A DNA stretch of 62,640 nt from an uncultured Litorilinea sp. (GCA_964655505.1 CAZZNG010000002.1:1-62640), one strand, 5' to 3'; numbered from the stretch's first letter, positions 37,045-46,136 are shown. Notes: generated from the sequence alone by a model not told the origin. Translations and numbers: made by a program.

Positions 37045-37120
37045 CTTATGTTACCTTCCAGGACGCTCGGAGATTCATGCCCATCTGCTCGCGAGATGGG
37101 CGTAGGTCCCGGAAGATCAG
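37045..37120. repeat. REP-like palindromic element, long form
   Basis: CTTATGTTACCTTCCAGGACGCTCGGAGATTCATGCCCATCTGCTCGCGAGATGGGCGTAGGTCCCGGAAGATCAG. Outer arms CCTTCCAGGAC/GTCCCGGAAG and inner hairpin CCCATCT-N7-AGATGGG. Ends 12 nt from the AKR stop. Confidence 0.75.
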
Positions 37121-37132
37121 CGGCCCATCGCG

Positions 37133-37993
37133 TTACCCTGCAAACAAGGGCGTCATCTTGCGCTCGTCCATGACGCGCGCGATCTCCTCGTCGGCTGGAC
37201 GCGCTTCGAAGCGGTTGGCCGCGTCCAAAATCTTGGGCAATAGGTGGATATCGCTCGCGGTGTTCAAGAAGAGACCGGCCCGCCCGATCACCCAATGCAC
37301 CGCGGTGTCGATGTCCGCCTGCTCTTCCAGCGGTTGATACCAAGTGGCATGGGTTCTTTCCGCTGTGGCCCACGGACCAAGCGTGATGCCCTTGATCGTC
37401 TGGATGGCGACATTGCGATCTTGGCACATCTGCGCCAGCCGCTCAAAGTCCGCCGCGTACTTGGCATTCTGCATCATGGGATAGTTGAAGGGCAGCAGGA
37501 CCGAATCGAAGTCGAAGCGTTCCAGGCTGCGCCGGTGCATGGCGGCCACGGTCAAGCCGTGCCCCGTCACGCCGATGAAGCGCACCAACCCTTCCTCGCG
37601 CGCCTCGATAGCGGCTTCCAGCGCGCCGCCCGGCCCCATGGCTGTGTCCCAATCGTCAGGATGGACGAGATTGTGCAGTTGGATCAGATCGATCTGATCA
37701 ACCTGGAGCCGCTTGAGCGATTCTCGAATCTGCGCCTTGGCTTTCTCATAGGTGCGTTCGCCGGTTTTGGTCGCCAGGAAGAACTTGTCGCGATGCTGGC
37801 CCATCCACGGGCCAATCCGCAGCTCCGAATCGCCGTAGCTGGCCGCGGTGTCGATGTGGTTGACGCCATATTCGAGCAAAACGTCCAATGTTTGATCCGC
37901 CTCGGCTTGGGTCACGCGGCCCAGGGCCGCCGCGCCGAAAATGGTGACCGAACTGTTATGCCCGGTGCGGCCAAAAGGCTGTTTACGAATCAT
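37133..37993 (-). CDS. aldo/keto reductase
   Basis: 286 aa. [15 protein letters not shown] motif, AKR (beta/alpha)8 pattern, AAGGAG SD. Confidence 0.85.
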   Translation of the reverse strand: MIRKQPFGRTGHNSSVTIFGAAALGRVTQAEADQTLDVLLEYGVNHIDTAASYGDSELRIGPWMGQHRDKFFLATKTGERTYEKAKAQIRESLKRLQVDQIDLIQLHNLVHPDDWDTAMGPGGALEAAIEAREEGLVRFIGVTGHGLTVAAMHRRSLERFDFDSVLLPFNYPMMQNAKYAADFERLAQMCQDRNVAIQTIKGITLGPWATAERTHATWYQPLEEQADIDTAVHWVIGRAGLFLNTASDIHLLPKILDAANRFEARPADEEIARVMDERKMTPLFAG

Positions 37994-38095
37994 GCGCTAT
38001 CTCCTTTTTGGACAAGTCCTGAACCAGTTAAGCCGGTTCGGAGCAACGTCTAGCATCGTCCAGCGACAACTTCGTGGGCCACTCCGTCATGTGGA

Positions 38096-39337
38096 TTAGG
38101 AATGCGAAGCAGACGCGGCGTCGAACACGCTTGCGGCCAGCGCCGCGGCATAGACCTGCTGAATCGGCACATTGTGCGCCTGCGCCAGCTGCCGACAATC
38201 CTCATACTCCGGTTTGCCGCTTATCTCCTGCCCGCCCAGCATCTTGATCTTGACGCGCACCTCGCCATAGGGCGTGGCGACCGTGACCATGCGCCGCTGT
38301 GTCTCCGTGCGATCCACCGTATAGCGGCGCAGGCCCAGCGTGGTCGTCTCGCGCAGGATCAGCGCGCCCAGCGCGTCCGCGTCAGCCGGTTCGCCCAGCA
38401 CGCTCAACAGCACGCCTGGCCGCCCCTTCTTCATCTGGATCGGCGTGAGCCACACATCCAGCGCGCCCGCGGCGAAGAACTTTTCACTGGCAGGCGCAAA
38501 ATGCTCCGGGTTCATGTCGTCCATGTTGGCTTCCAGCACCACCAAGGGCTTGGTTGTGCCGCTGTCGTGCGCGTTCTCGCCCGGCGCGGGCAGCGCATCC
38601 GCCAGCCACAGCCGGGCGACGTTGGGCCAATCGAACTCCTTGCGGCCCGCGCCCAAGCCAATACGCACCAGGCGCATGGGCGGCTGGGTGAAGATCGCCA
38701 GCTCGGCCAGCAGCGCCGCGCCCGTGGGCGTCACCAACTCGCCGGGGCCGGGCGCGGGCCGCGTCGGCGCGTTGACCGCGGCGAGCAGCGCCAGCGTAGC
38801 GGGCGCGGGCAGCGGAATGCGCCCGTGTGCGCTGTTCACCCAGCCTTCACCCAGGGGCGCGCCCCCGGCATAGAGTTGTTCGATGCCCAATGCGTGCAGC
38901 CCGGCACAGACGCCCACTATGTCGATGATGGCGTCGATGGCCCCGACCTCATGAAAGTGTACCGAGTCGATGCTCGCGCCGTGAACCGCGGCTTCAGCCT
39001 CGGCCAGCCGCCGAAAGACTGCAATCGCCCGTTCGACCACCACCGGAGGCAGATCGGCGCGGCGGATAATCGCCTCCACATCGGGCAGGTGACGGTGGGC
39101 TGTGTCCTCCGCGGCGTCCACCCGCAGCAGCGTCGCGGCCAGCGGGCCGCGCATGACCCGCTCTTGCTCGATCTGCCAGCGGTCCGGCGGCAGCCCCAGC
39201 GCGGTGATGGTGGCGCGCAGGTCTTCCAGGGGCCAACCGGCATCCACCAGGCAGCCCAAGAACATGTCGCCGGAAATGCCAGAGGGGAGATCGAGGTAGG
39301 CAATGCGGCGCGGGTGTGGGTTTGATGCGCTCATCAT
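38096..39337 (-). CDS. larC: nickel-pincer cofactor biosynthesis protein LarC (nickel insertase, DUF111)
   Basis: 413 aa. N-terminus IAYLDLPSGISGDMFLGCLVDAG is characteristic of LarC. Encoded as a single unsplit ORF. Confidence 0.85.
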   Translation of the reverse strand: MMSASNPHPRRIAYLDLPSGISGDMFLGCLVDAGWPLEDLRATITALGLPPDRWQIEQERVMRGPLAATLLRVDAAEDTAHRHLPDVEAIIRRADLPPVVVERAIAVFRRLAEAEAAVHGASIDSVHFHEVGAIDAIIDIVGVCAGLHALGIEQLYAGGAPLGEGWVNSAHGRIPLPAPATLALLAAVNAPTRPAPGPGELVTPTGAALLAELAIFTQPPMRLVRIGLGAGRKEFDWPNVARLWLADALPAPGENAHDSGTTKPLVVLEANMDDMNPEHFAPASEKFFAAGALDVWLTPIQMKKGRPGVLLSVLGEPADADALGALILRETTTLGLRRYTVDRTETQRRMVTVATPYGEVRVKIKMLGGQEISGKPEYEDCRQLAQAHNVPIQQVYAAALAASVFDAASASHS

Positions 39338-39386
39338 GATCTTGTCTAGGTGCTCTTGTCTAGGCCCATACCTGGGTCGTTGGCCC

Positions 39387-40265
39387 TTAGCTCAGGGTCA
39401 ATTCGCTGAGCGGGATGACGGTCGCGCTTGCGGACACGCCGTTGAGCGAGCCGCTGCGGAAGCCGGCCAGGTCGAGCGTGACAAAGCGGTAGCCCGCGGC
39501 CTTGATCCCCTGCACAATAGCCTGGTAATGGGCCAGCACGTGCGGGAAATCTTCTTCGGGCACTTCGATGCGCGCGATGGCGTCATGGTGGCGCACACGG
39601 AATTGGCTAAAGCCCAGATCGACCAGCACATCCTCCGCGGTTTCGATCTGCCGCAGCAGTTCAGGCGTGATGGGCGTGCCGTGGGGCACGCGCGACGACA
39701 GACAGGCCATCGCGGGCTTGTCCCATACCGGCAGGCCCAGATGGCGCGCAATGGCGCGCACCTCGGCCTTGGTAATGCCCACTTCAAGCAGCGGTGAACG
39801 CGAGCCGCGCTCGCGCGCCGCGTCCATGCCGGGCCGGAAGTCGCCTACATCGCTGGCGTTGTTGCCGTCGACGACCACCTTCCAGCCCTCTTGCCTGGCA
39901 ATCTCATGCAATTCGTCGTGCAGTTCCGACTTGCAGAAATAGCAGCGATTGTTGGGATTGGCGGCATAGTTGGGGTCGAGATACTCTTCCGTATTCACCA
40001 GGCGATAGGGAACGCCCGCGTCTTCGGCCAACTGCTTGGCCGCGCGCATCTCGCGCGTTGGGTAGCTGGGCGAAATGCCAATGCAGGCCAGCGCGCGGTC
40101 GCCCAACTGCTCATGGGCAACAGCCATCACCAGCGCGCTGTCCACACCGCCCGAATAGGCGACCAGCACCGATTCAAAGCTGCGAAGCAGTTCGCGCAGC
40201 GCCTCCAACTTGGCCGCTACCGGCGCATCCAGCGCCTCCCCGCGCTCTATCGAATCTGCACTCAT
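39387..40265 (-). CDS. larE: LarE, ATP-dependent sulfur transferase (PP-loop ATPase)
   Basis: PP-loop VAYSGGVDSALV. 292 aa from ATG 40265 (GGAG SD). The ORF extends upstream to 40337 as an alternative start. Cys residues at CYFCK and ACLSSR. Confidence 0.8.
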   Translation of the reverse strand: MSADSIERGEALDAPVAAKLEALRELLRSFESVLVAYSGGVDSALVMAVAHEQLGDRALACIGISPSYPTREMRAAKQLAEDAGVPYRLVNTEEYLDPNYAANPNNRCYFCKSELHDELHEIARQEGWKVVVDGNNASDVGDFRPGMDAARERGSRSPLLEVGITKAEVRAIARHLGLPVWDKPAMACLSSRVPHGTPITPELLRQIETAEDVLVDLGFSQFRVRHHDAIARIEVPEEDFPHVLAHYQAIVQGIKAAGYRFVTLDLAGFRSGSLNGVSASATVIPLSELTLS

Positions 40266-40386
40266 GGTCTCCGCTCGATTTCTCCCATTTATCCCACTCA
40301 TGATTTCCATCCAATCTATCGCAACGTTCGATTGCAACGTTCACAGTGATTTAATCTATCGTCCACGCCGAGGCCGTTCCAAACAC

Positions 40387-40471
40387 CAGGAAGCCTAAGC
40401 TTCCGGGACGCTCGGAGTTTCAGGCCCATCTGCTTGCGAGATGGCATGTTGCTCAATGCGCGTCCGGGAAG
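40387..40471. repeat. REP-like palindromic element, long form, between larB and larE
   Basis: GGAAGCCTAAGCTTCCGGGACGCTCGGAGTTTCAGGCCCATCTGCTTGCGAGATGGCATGTTGCTCAATGCGCGTCCGGGAAG. Shares the GGACGCTCGGAG and CCCATCTGCT.GCGAGATGG modules with the copy at 37045. Confidence 0.75.
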
Positions 40472-40482
40472 AACAACTCACG

Positions 40483-41340
40483 CTACACTGTATCCTCGGC
40501 GGCAGTCACAATGCGTTGGTTGATCAGCGCGGCCAAGTGGCCCGCGCCATAGCCATTGTCGATGTTAACCACAGCCACGCCCGACGCGCACGAATTCAGC
40601 ATCGCCAGCAGCGCGGCCAGCCCGCCAAAGCTCGCGCCGTATCCCACCGATGTGGGCACGGCAATCACCGGCGCGTCGGTCAGCCCGCCGACCACACTGG
40701 CGAGCGCGCCTTCCATGCCCGCGGCGACGATGACCACATTCGCCTGCTGGATGGTGGGAATGTGGGGCAGCAGCCGGTGCAGCCCGGCCACGCCCACATC
40801 CACCACACGATGGGGCGCATGGCCCATCAAGTCGAGCGTGAGCGCGGCCTCCTCCAACACAGGCAGGTCGCTGGTTCCCGCGGCCACCAACACCACACCG
40901 GCATGGCGCGGCTTGTCCGGCTCGCGGTCGAGCCAGAGACAGCGTGCCAGTTCATGATAGCGCACATCGGGAACCACTTCACGCACCGCGGCCACCTGTT
41001 CCGGCGTGGCGCGCGTGCCCAAAAGCCGCGTGCCGCGTTCCACCAGGCGTGCGGCAATGCCCGCCACCTGCTCCGCGGTCTTGCCCGCGCAAAAGATCAC
41101 TTCGGGAAAGCCCCAGCGCAGCGAACGGTGATGGTCGAGCGTGGCAAAGCCCAGATCCTCATAGGGCAGCGCCCGCAGCGTGCCCAGCGCGCCCTCAACA
41201 CTCACATCACCCTGGGCTACCTGCTCCAGCAGACGGCGTATGCTCGCCATGTCGGTGGCGTGGGACACAGCCGCGGGCTGGGCAGGCGCATCGGGATTGG
41301 GCGCGTTCATATCCACGCCGTTCAGATTATCGGTTGTCAA
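40483..41340 (-). CDS. larB: LarB, pyridinium-3,5-biscarboxylic acid mononucleotide synthase (AIR-carboxylase-like)
   Basis: 285 aa. PurE-like core VVLVAAGTSDLPVLEEA and C-terminal GVAVVNIDNGYGAG. Confidence 0.85.
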   Translation of the reverse strand: MTTDNLNGVDMNAPNPDAPAQPAAVSHATDMASIRRLLEQVAQGDVSVEGALGTLRALPYEDLGFATLDHHRSLRWGFPEVIFCAGKTAEQVAGIAARLVERGTRLLGTRATPEQVAAVREVVPDVRYHELARCLWLDREPDKPRHAGVVLVAAGTSDLPVLEEAALTLDLMGHAPHRVVDVGVAGLHRLLPHIPTIQQANVVIVAAGMEGALASVVGGLTDAPVIAVPTSVGYGASFGGLAALLAMLNSCASGVAVVNIDNGYGAGHLAALINQRIVTAAEDTV

Positions 41341-41406
41341 AGCTTGTCACCAAAATACTACACAAAAGAATCCTGCTCCGGTCGTTTTAAGGCGCTTCAG
41401 ACGGGC

Positions 41407-42417
41407 CTACCAGCGAAACTGGTGGGGGCCAAAATCCGCCTCGTAGAAGGGCGACACCATGCGTCCCGGCGGCACTAGATCGTCGATCTTGGCCCGATCC
41501 TCATCGGTAATCGTCACGTCGAACGCGCCCAAGTTGTCCTCAAGCTGCTCCATGGTGCGCGGCCCAATGATGGGGCTGCTGATGCCCGGTTGATTCATGA
41601 CCCACGCCAGCGCAAACTGGGCCATGCTGCAGCCCTTGTCGCGCACAAGCGGCTGCAGTTCTTCCACCACGTCATAGATGGCGTCGGTCTTGCGGGTGGC
41701 AAAGCGCGGGTTGTTGGAAACGTCCGCGTAGCGCGCCCCTTCGGGCGAGGGATTTTCGCGCGTATACTTGCCGGTCAACAGGCCGCCCGCCAGCGGACTC
41801 CACGGGATCAAGCCGATGCCGTAGGTTTGGGCCATGGGGATCAATTCGCGCTCGATGCGCCGGTCAAGAATGTGATAAGGCGGCTGTTCCGAAACAAAGC
41901 GATTAAGATGATACTCCTTAGCAACCCACAACGATTCCATCAACTGCCACGCGGCAAAGGTGCTTGTGCCAATGTAGCGCACCTTGCCGCTGCGCACCAA
42001 GTCGTCCAGCGCGCGCAGCGTCTCGTCGATGGGCGTATCCGAGCGCGGACGGTGAATTTGATAGAGGTCGATATAGTCAGTCTGCAAGCGGCGCAGACTG
42101 GCTTCGCACTGCTCGATGATGTGGCGGCGGCTGCTGCCATAGGCATTGGGGTCTTCGTCGTCCATTGTGCCGTGGACTTTGGTGGCAAGCACAACCTGAT
42201 GGCGTTTGCCGTTGCGCTTGAGCGCCTCGCCGGTGACTTCTTCGCTGCGCCCCCGGCTGTAGACGTTGGCGGTGTCGAGGAAGTTGATCCCCGCGTCGAT
42301 GGCGCGGTCGATTATGGCGTAGGAATCTTCAGGCGTCGTCTTGCCGCCAAACATCATACAACCCAGGCAAAGGGGGCTGACCTTCATTGCCGTGCGACCT
42401 AAGGAACGATACTCCAT
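41407..42417 (-). CDS. aldo/keto reductase (Tas/YhdN-like)
   Basis: 336 aa. MEYRSLGRT..LCLGCMMFG N-terminus and GINFLDTANVYSRGRSEE motif. Confidence 0.85.
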   Translation of the reverse strand: MEYRSLGRTAMKVSPLCLGCMMFGGKTTPEDSYAIIDRAIDAGINFLDTANVYSRGRSEEVTGEALKRNGKRHQVVLATKVHGTMDDEDPNAYGSSRRHIIEQCEASLRRLQTDYIDLYQIHRPRSDTPIDETLRALDDLVRSGKVRYIGTSTFAAWQLMESLWVAKEYHLNRFVSEQPPYHILDRRIERELIPMAQTYGIGLIPWSPLAGGLLTGKYTRENPSPEGARYADVSNNPRFATRKTDAIYDVVEELQPLVRDKGCSMAQFALAWVMNQPGISSPIIGPRTMEQLEDNLGAFDVTITDEDRAKIDDLVPPGRMVSPFYEADFGPHQFRW

Positions 42418-42595
42418 GAGGTGCTGATCCTTTCCAGGATGGCGTCACACATGAACCGGCGTGGGGGCCTGTCGCATCCCGCGCGACCGAGCGCGGCGTC
42501 AGGACACGATCCGGCCCGATGAACCCGGCTATGTGGACGAGGGGATAAACTCGACAGCCCGCGTACAGCCTGCCCAAAGCCGTCTGTGTCTATCA

Positions 42596-42655
42596 TCGAT
42601 GTCTAAACCATTGATGTCTAAACCGTCGGCGTCTAAACCATCGGTGTCTACGAAT
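42596..42655. repeat. 15-bp tandem repeat x4 (core GTCTAAACC)
   Basis: TCGATGTCTAAACCA / TTGATGTCTAAACCG / TCGGCGTCTAAACCA / TCGGTGTCTACGAAT. Lies 180-240 bp upstream of the AKR start at 42417. Confidence 0.85.
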
Positions 42656-42799
42656 CACTATCTATTCATGATCTACCAGGGAATACGCCAGCCGTCTGGG
42701 CCATTATACCACCCTCCAGACGACATGGCACGCCGCAGTACAAGAAACGTAGTGCAAAATGGCTTTGGGGGGATACAAATGGGGATGGGTCTGCACGAA

Positions 42800-42828
42800 A
42801 ACACCGGGGGATATGCTCTCCCGGTGTT
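42800..42828 (-). terminator. rho-independent terminator for the DUF885 gene
   Basis: 12-bp stem AACACCGGGGGA/TCTCCCGGTGTT. On the minus strand it is followed by TTTCGTG. Confidence 0.55.
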
Positions 42829-42842
42829 GAATATTAATTACG

Positions 42843-42884
42843 TTATGTAACCTTCCCGGAAGTTGCGAGCTTCCGGGAAGATCA
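42843..42884. repeat. REP-like palindromic element, short form
   Basis: TTATGTAACCTTCCCGGAAGTTGCGAGCTTCCGGGAAGATCAC. Perfect 11-bp arms CTTCCCGGAAG/CTTCCGGGAAG. Ends 9 nt from the DUF885 stop. Confidence 0.8.
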
Positions 42885-42893
42885 CCGCGCAGG

Positions 42894-44561
42894 TCACGCT
42901 GCGCTGCCGACCATACGCTCGGCGATCAAGCGCACCGGCGGCGAGCCGAAGCTCAACAGCGTGTCGTGAAAGCCCTTGAGGGTATAGGCCGCGCCCTGCT
43001 GCGCCTGCCACTGCTCGCGCAGCGTCTGGATCGCGATCTTGCCCAGCAGATAGGCCGATGGATAGGTGGGATTGTCATGGGTGGTATAGCGCCGCACTTC
43101 GCCTTCCGCCATGCGCCGATCCAGGTGTACTTCGTTCACCATCAGATCGACCGCTTCCTCAAAGCGCATCCCGCGCGTGTGCAGCCCAACATCCACCACC
43201 ACCCGCGCCGAGCGCCACAGAGCATTGCGCAGTTTGAAGAGCCGCACCGCAGGCTCGTCCATAAAACCGCTCTCCTCCATCAAGTCCTCGGTATAGAGTC
43301 CCCAACCTTCGACCAAGATCGGGCTGCTGAAGTAGCGGCGCATGGGGGAATGGGCTGTGGCAAGCTTGTGATGGACTTTCTGGGTATGATGGCCCGGATA
43401 GATCTCATGCAGCGTGATCGAGCGCGCAAAAGCATAGCAATTGTCGCGCATGTGCTGGCGCTGCTGGTCTGGGGACGCTTCCGGGTCAAGCGGCGTGATG
43501 ACGAGGCTGCTCGACAGCCCTGGGGCAAAGGGCGGCGTGGTAAACATCAGGCCCAGGGGCGCGCCCGCGCGCAGGTATTCCGGCAGCCACTGCACATCCG
43601 CGTGCTCTCCTTCGGGCAGCGTGATCAAGTTGGCCGCGATGCAGTGGGCGCGGGCACGCACCATCTCATCGTGGTACGTCTTGAGGAAGTCTGCCCCCTG
43701 CGGGTGGTCGGCCTTGATCGCCTCGATCTGCTCCATCCATGTGCGCGTTGGGTCCAATTCGCGCGCATACGCCTCCAGCGCGGCCTTGTCTTCCGCCATA
43801 CATTCCCGGCCAAATTCGTCCAATTGACGATGGTCGAGCGAAAGCAGATGAAAGTGTTGCAGGAGAAAATCGAAATAGTCCGGCCCACAGGCAAAGCTGC
43901 CCAACGCGCGGCCTTCAAACGCCAGCAGGAAGCGCTCGAAGTCATCCAAGGCGGAAAGCACCACCGGCGTCGCCAGCATCAGGTCGCACTGGAGGGCCTC
44001 ATCCATCTGGTTGGCAAAGCCAGGCACGGCGCTCGCCACAAATTGGCGCAGCCCCTTGACCGCGGCCAGCCCCATCTCCACATGCAGCGGGTCTGTGGCA
44101 GCGGTCAACGCCTCTTGCGCGGCCGCCAAGTAGCTAGGGGCCAGGTTCAGCCGCGCCAAGAGACGTTCGCCCTGTTGGGCCGGTTCTTGCCCATCTTTGC
44201 GCATCAGCGCGGAGATGGCCTTGCCAAGCTGCTCAACGATCCAATAGGGCGCGCGGTCCCAGGCGGGATACGCCTCCAGCCGCCGGATGCTGGTCGCCAG
44301 GTCGATGCGCGCCACCTCCCAATCCATGCGCGCGTCTGGCCCTAATCCAACAGGGTCGATGGTGTCGAGTTGGTGCAAAAAGCGCTTGCGCTGCGCGATC
44401 TCGTCGGCAAAGGCCGCTGCGCTGTAGTCACTCAGCCGGTCATCCCCATCGTGAATGCCAAGCTGCGTTGCTTCGATGGGGTCGCGCTGGAAGACGAACG
44501 CCAAATACTCGTCGACCAGCGCGGCCAGCGCTTGCTGCTGGGGAATGCTCGCTTGGGCCAT
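42894..44561 (-). CDS. DUF885-family protein (putative metallopeptidase-like)
   Basis: 555 aa. HEIYPGHHTQ motif characteristic of DUF885. Confidence 0.8.
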   Translation of the reverse strand: MAQASIPQQQALAALVDEYLAFVFQRDPIEATQLGIHDGDDRLSDYSAAAFADEIAQRKRFLHQLDTIDPVGLGPDARMDWEVARIDLATSIRRLEAYPAWDRAPYWIVEQLGKAISALMRKDGQEPAQQGERLLARLNLAPSYLAAAQEALTAATDPLHVEMGLAAVKGLRQFVASAVPGFANQMDEALQCDLMLATPVVLSALDDFERFLLAFEGRALGSFACGPDYFDFLLQHFHLLSLDHRQLDEFGRECMAEDKAALEAYARELDPTRTWMEQIEAIKADHPQGADFLKTYHDEMVRARAHCIAANLITLPEGEHADVQWLPEYLRAGAPLGLMFTTPPFAPGLSSSLVITPLDPEASPDQQRQHMRDNCYAFARSITLHEIYPGHHTQKVHHKLATAHSPMRRYFSSPILVEGWGLYTEDLMEESGFMDEPAVRLFKLRNALWRSARVVVDVGLHTRGMRFEEAVDLMVNEVHLDRRMAEGEVRRYTTHDNPTYPSAYLLGKIAIQTLREQWQAQQGAAYTLKGFHDTLLSFGSPPVRLIAERMVGSAA

Positions 44562-44584
44562 GACGGCAGTCCTAACCGCGGGGC

Positions 44585-45859
44585 CTAGTAGACTTTGGCA
44601 AACGTGCCGTCGGCCAGCGTCACCCCCGGCATGACCAGCCCTGACTCGGCCAGACCGGCCAGTTCATTGCGGAAGACCGCGCCGCCCTTCATCACCAGTT
44701 GAATGGCGCGCAGGTCGCGGATCTCTTGATCCGGCTTGCCGTCCACCACCAACAGATCCGCGTCGAGACCGGGGGCCAACGTGCCCGTCTGCTTCTCTAC
44801 ACCGCACAGCACCGCGGAATTGTAGGTGGCGGCGCGCAGCGCTTCCAGCGGCGACAGCCCGGCCTCGACCAGCAGTTCCACCTCGCGAATGGTCGCCACG
44901 GTTCCGTCCACCGGGTCGCTGGGCAGCATGTCCGTGCCGTTGCAGATGGTGACCCCCGCGGCCACGGCGCGCTTGATCGACGCCAGATGTTCCTCCGCCG
45001 CGGTCTTGGCCTTGGTGAGCATCCACTCCTGCACGCCATGCCGCCGCATATAGTCCAACTCCTGGGTCACGCACAGCGTGGGCACAAGAAATGTCCCCGC
45101 TTCGGCCATCATGTGCGCGGCCTCATCGTCAAACGAATAGCCATGCTCGATGCAGTCCACCCCCAGGCGCACCGCATCCTTGATCGGCTTGTTGCCGCCG
45201 GTGTGCGAAGCCACCCGCTTGTTTGCGCTGTGGGCTACCTCGACCACCGCGGCCAACTCGTCGTCGGCCATCTGCTTGTCTGCCGGTTGCTCGCGCGGGG
45301 TGCCGATGCCGCCGGTCAAGCAGACTTTGAGCAGATCAGCCCCGGCGCGCAGTTGGGTGCGCGCGGCCTCGCGGAAACCAGCCACGCCGTCCGCCTCGAT
45401 GCAGCCGACCGACGTATACCCGTGGCCGCCAGTGGCGATCAAGGACTGTCCGGCGGACTGCACATGGGGACCGGCCAACACGCCTTTGTTGATGGCGTTG
45501 CGCACGTCGATGTCGGCGCGGTGCGCCTCGCCGACACAGCGGATAAAGGTCGTGCCGGTCGTGATCGCCTCCAGACTGCGGCGATAGACCAGCATGACGC
45601 GATAGCCGGGGTCAAAGGGATCGATGCGCTTTTCTGGAAACGGGAGACGCAAGGCCAGGTGAACATGGACATTGAAGAGGCCGGGCATCAAGGTCTTGCC
45701 CTGCACGTCGACCACCCGGTCATCGTCGCCTGGCTGGGGCGCGCCGGACGCGGCCCCGGCATAGGCGATCCGGCTGCCCTCCACCACGACGGAGGCATCT
45801 TCGATGGCCGCCGCGCCTGTCCCGTCCACGAGCCGACCATTGACAAAAAAGGTACGCAT
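44585..45859 (-). CDS. amidohydrolase-family metal-dependent hydrolase
   Basis: 424 aa. PGLFNVHVHL (HxH metal motif). TIM-barrel amidohydrolase pattern with a C-terminal DADLLVVDG. Confidence 0.85.
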   Translation of the reverse strand: MRTFFVNGRLVDGTGAAAIEDASVVVEGSRIAYAGAASGAPQPGDDDRVVDVQGKTLMPGLFNVHVHLALRLPFPEKRIDPFDPGYRVMLVYRRSLEAITTGTTFIRCVGEAHRADIDVRNAINKGVLAGPHVQSAGQSLIATGGHGYTSVGCIEADGVAGFREAARTQLRAGADLLKVCLTGGIGTPREQPADKQMADDELAAVVEVAHSANKRVASHTGGNKPIKDAVRLGVDCIEHGYSFDDEAAHMMAEAGTFLVPTLCVTQELDYMRRHGVQEWMLTKAKTAAEEHLASIKRAVAAGVTICNGTDMLPSDPVDGTVATIREVELLVEAGLSPLEALRAATYNSAVLCGVEKQTGTLAPGLDADLLVVDGKPDQEIRDLRAIQLVMKGGAVFRNELAGLAESGLVMPGVTLADGTFAKVY

Positions 45860-46106
45860 GACTGCTCCTTGCTATGTTTACGCTCTACATTTACTCTCTG
45901 GCTTACTGGCTGTGCTTACGATGCTTGCGGCTATCCTTGTGACGACGTTTTCAGGTATGGTGCAGGCATTGTTGGTAGCCATGTTTGCAACGATGCTGCA
46001 ACTGGTTTCGTAGCGATATTGATGCGACAAAAGCTTTACGGCGAACGTGGGACGTTCAGGGCAGGTATAGCCGCCGGTGACGCGAACCGCAGAAGTTTGC
46101 TTAAGG

Positions 46107-46136
46107 GAAGTGTGACTAAGCGAAGTGTGATCAAGC
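46107..46136. repeat. 15-bp tandem duplication
   Basis: GAAGTGTGACTAAGC / GAAGTGTGATCAAGC, in the 301-bp lower-G+C gap between the permease and amidohydrolase genes. Confidence 0.7.

Noticed and set aside
38102-39325. 407-aa plus-strand ORF
   Set aside because: Antisense to larC. Low-complexity Arg/Gly/Gln-rich translation with no SD or domain signature.
40441-41478. 345-aa plus-strand ORF
   Set aside because: Antisense to larB. Its 5' end starts inside the REP-like element, and its composition is typical of shadow ORFs.
42966-44345. 459-aa plus-strand ORF
   Set aside because: Antisense to the DUF885 gene, which carries the family HExxPGHHxQ motif.
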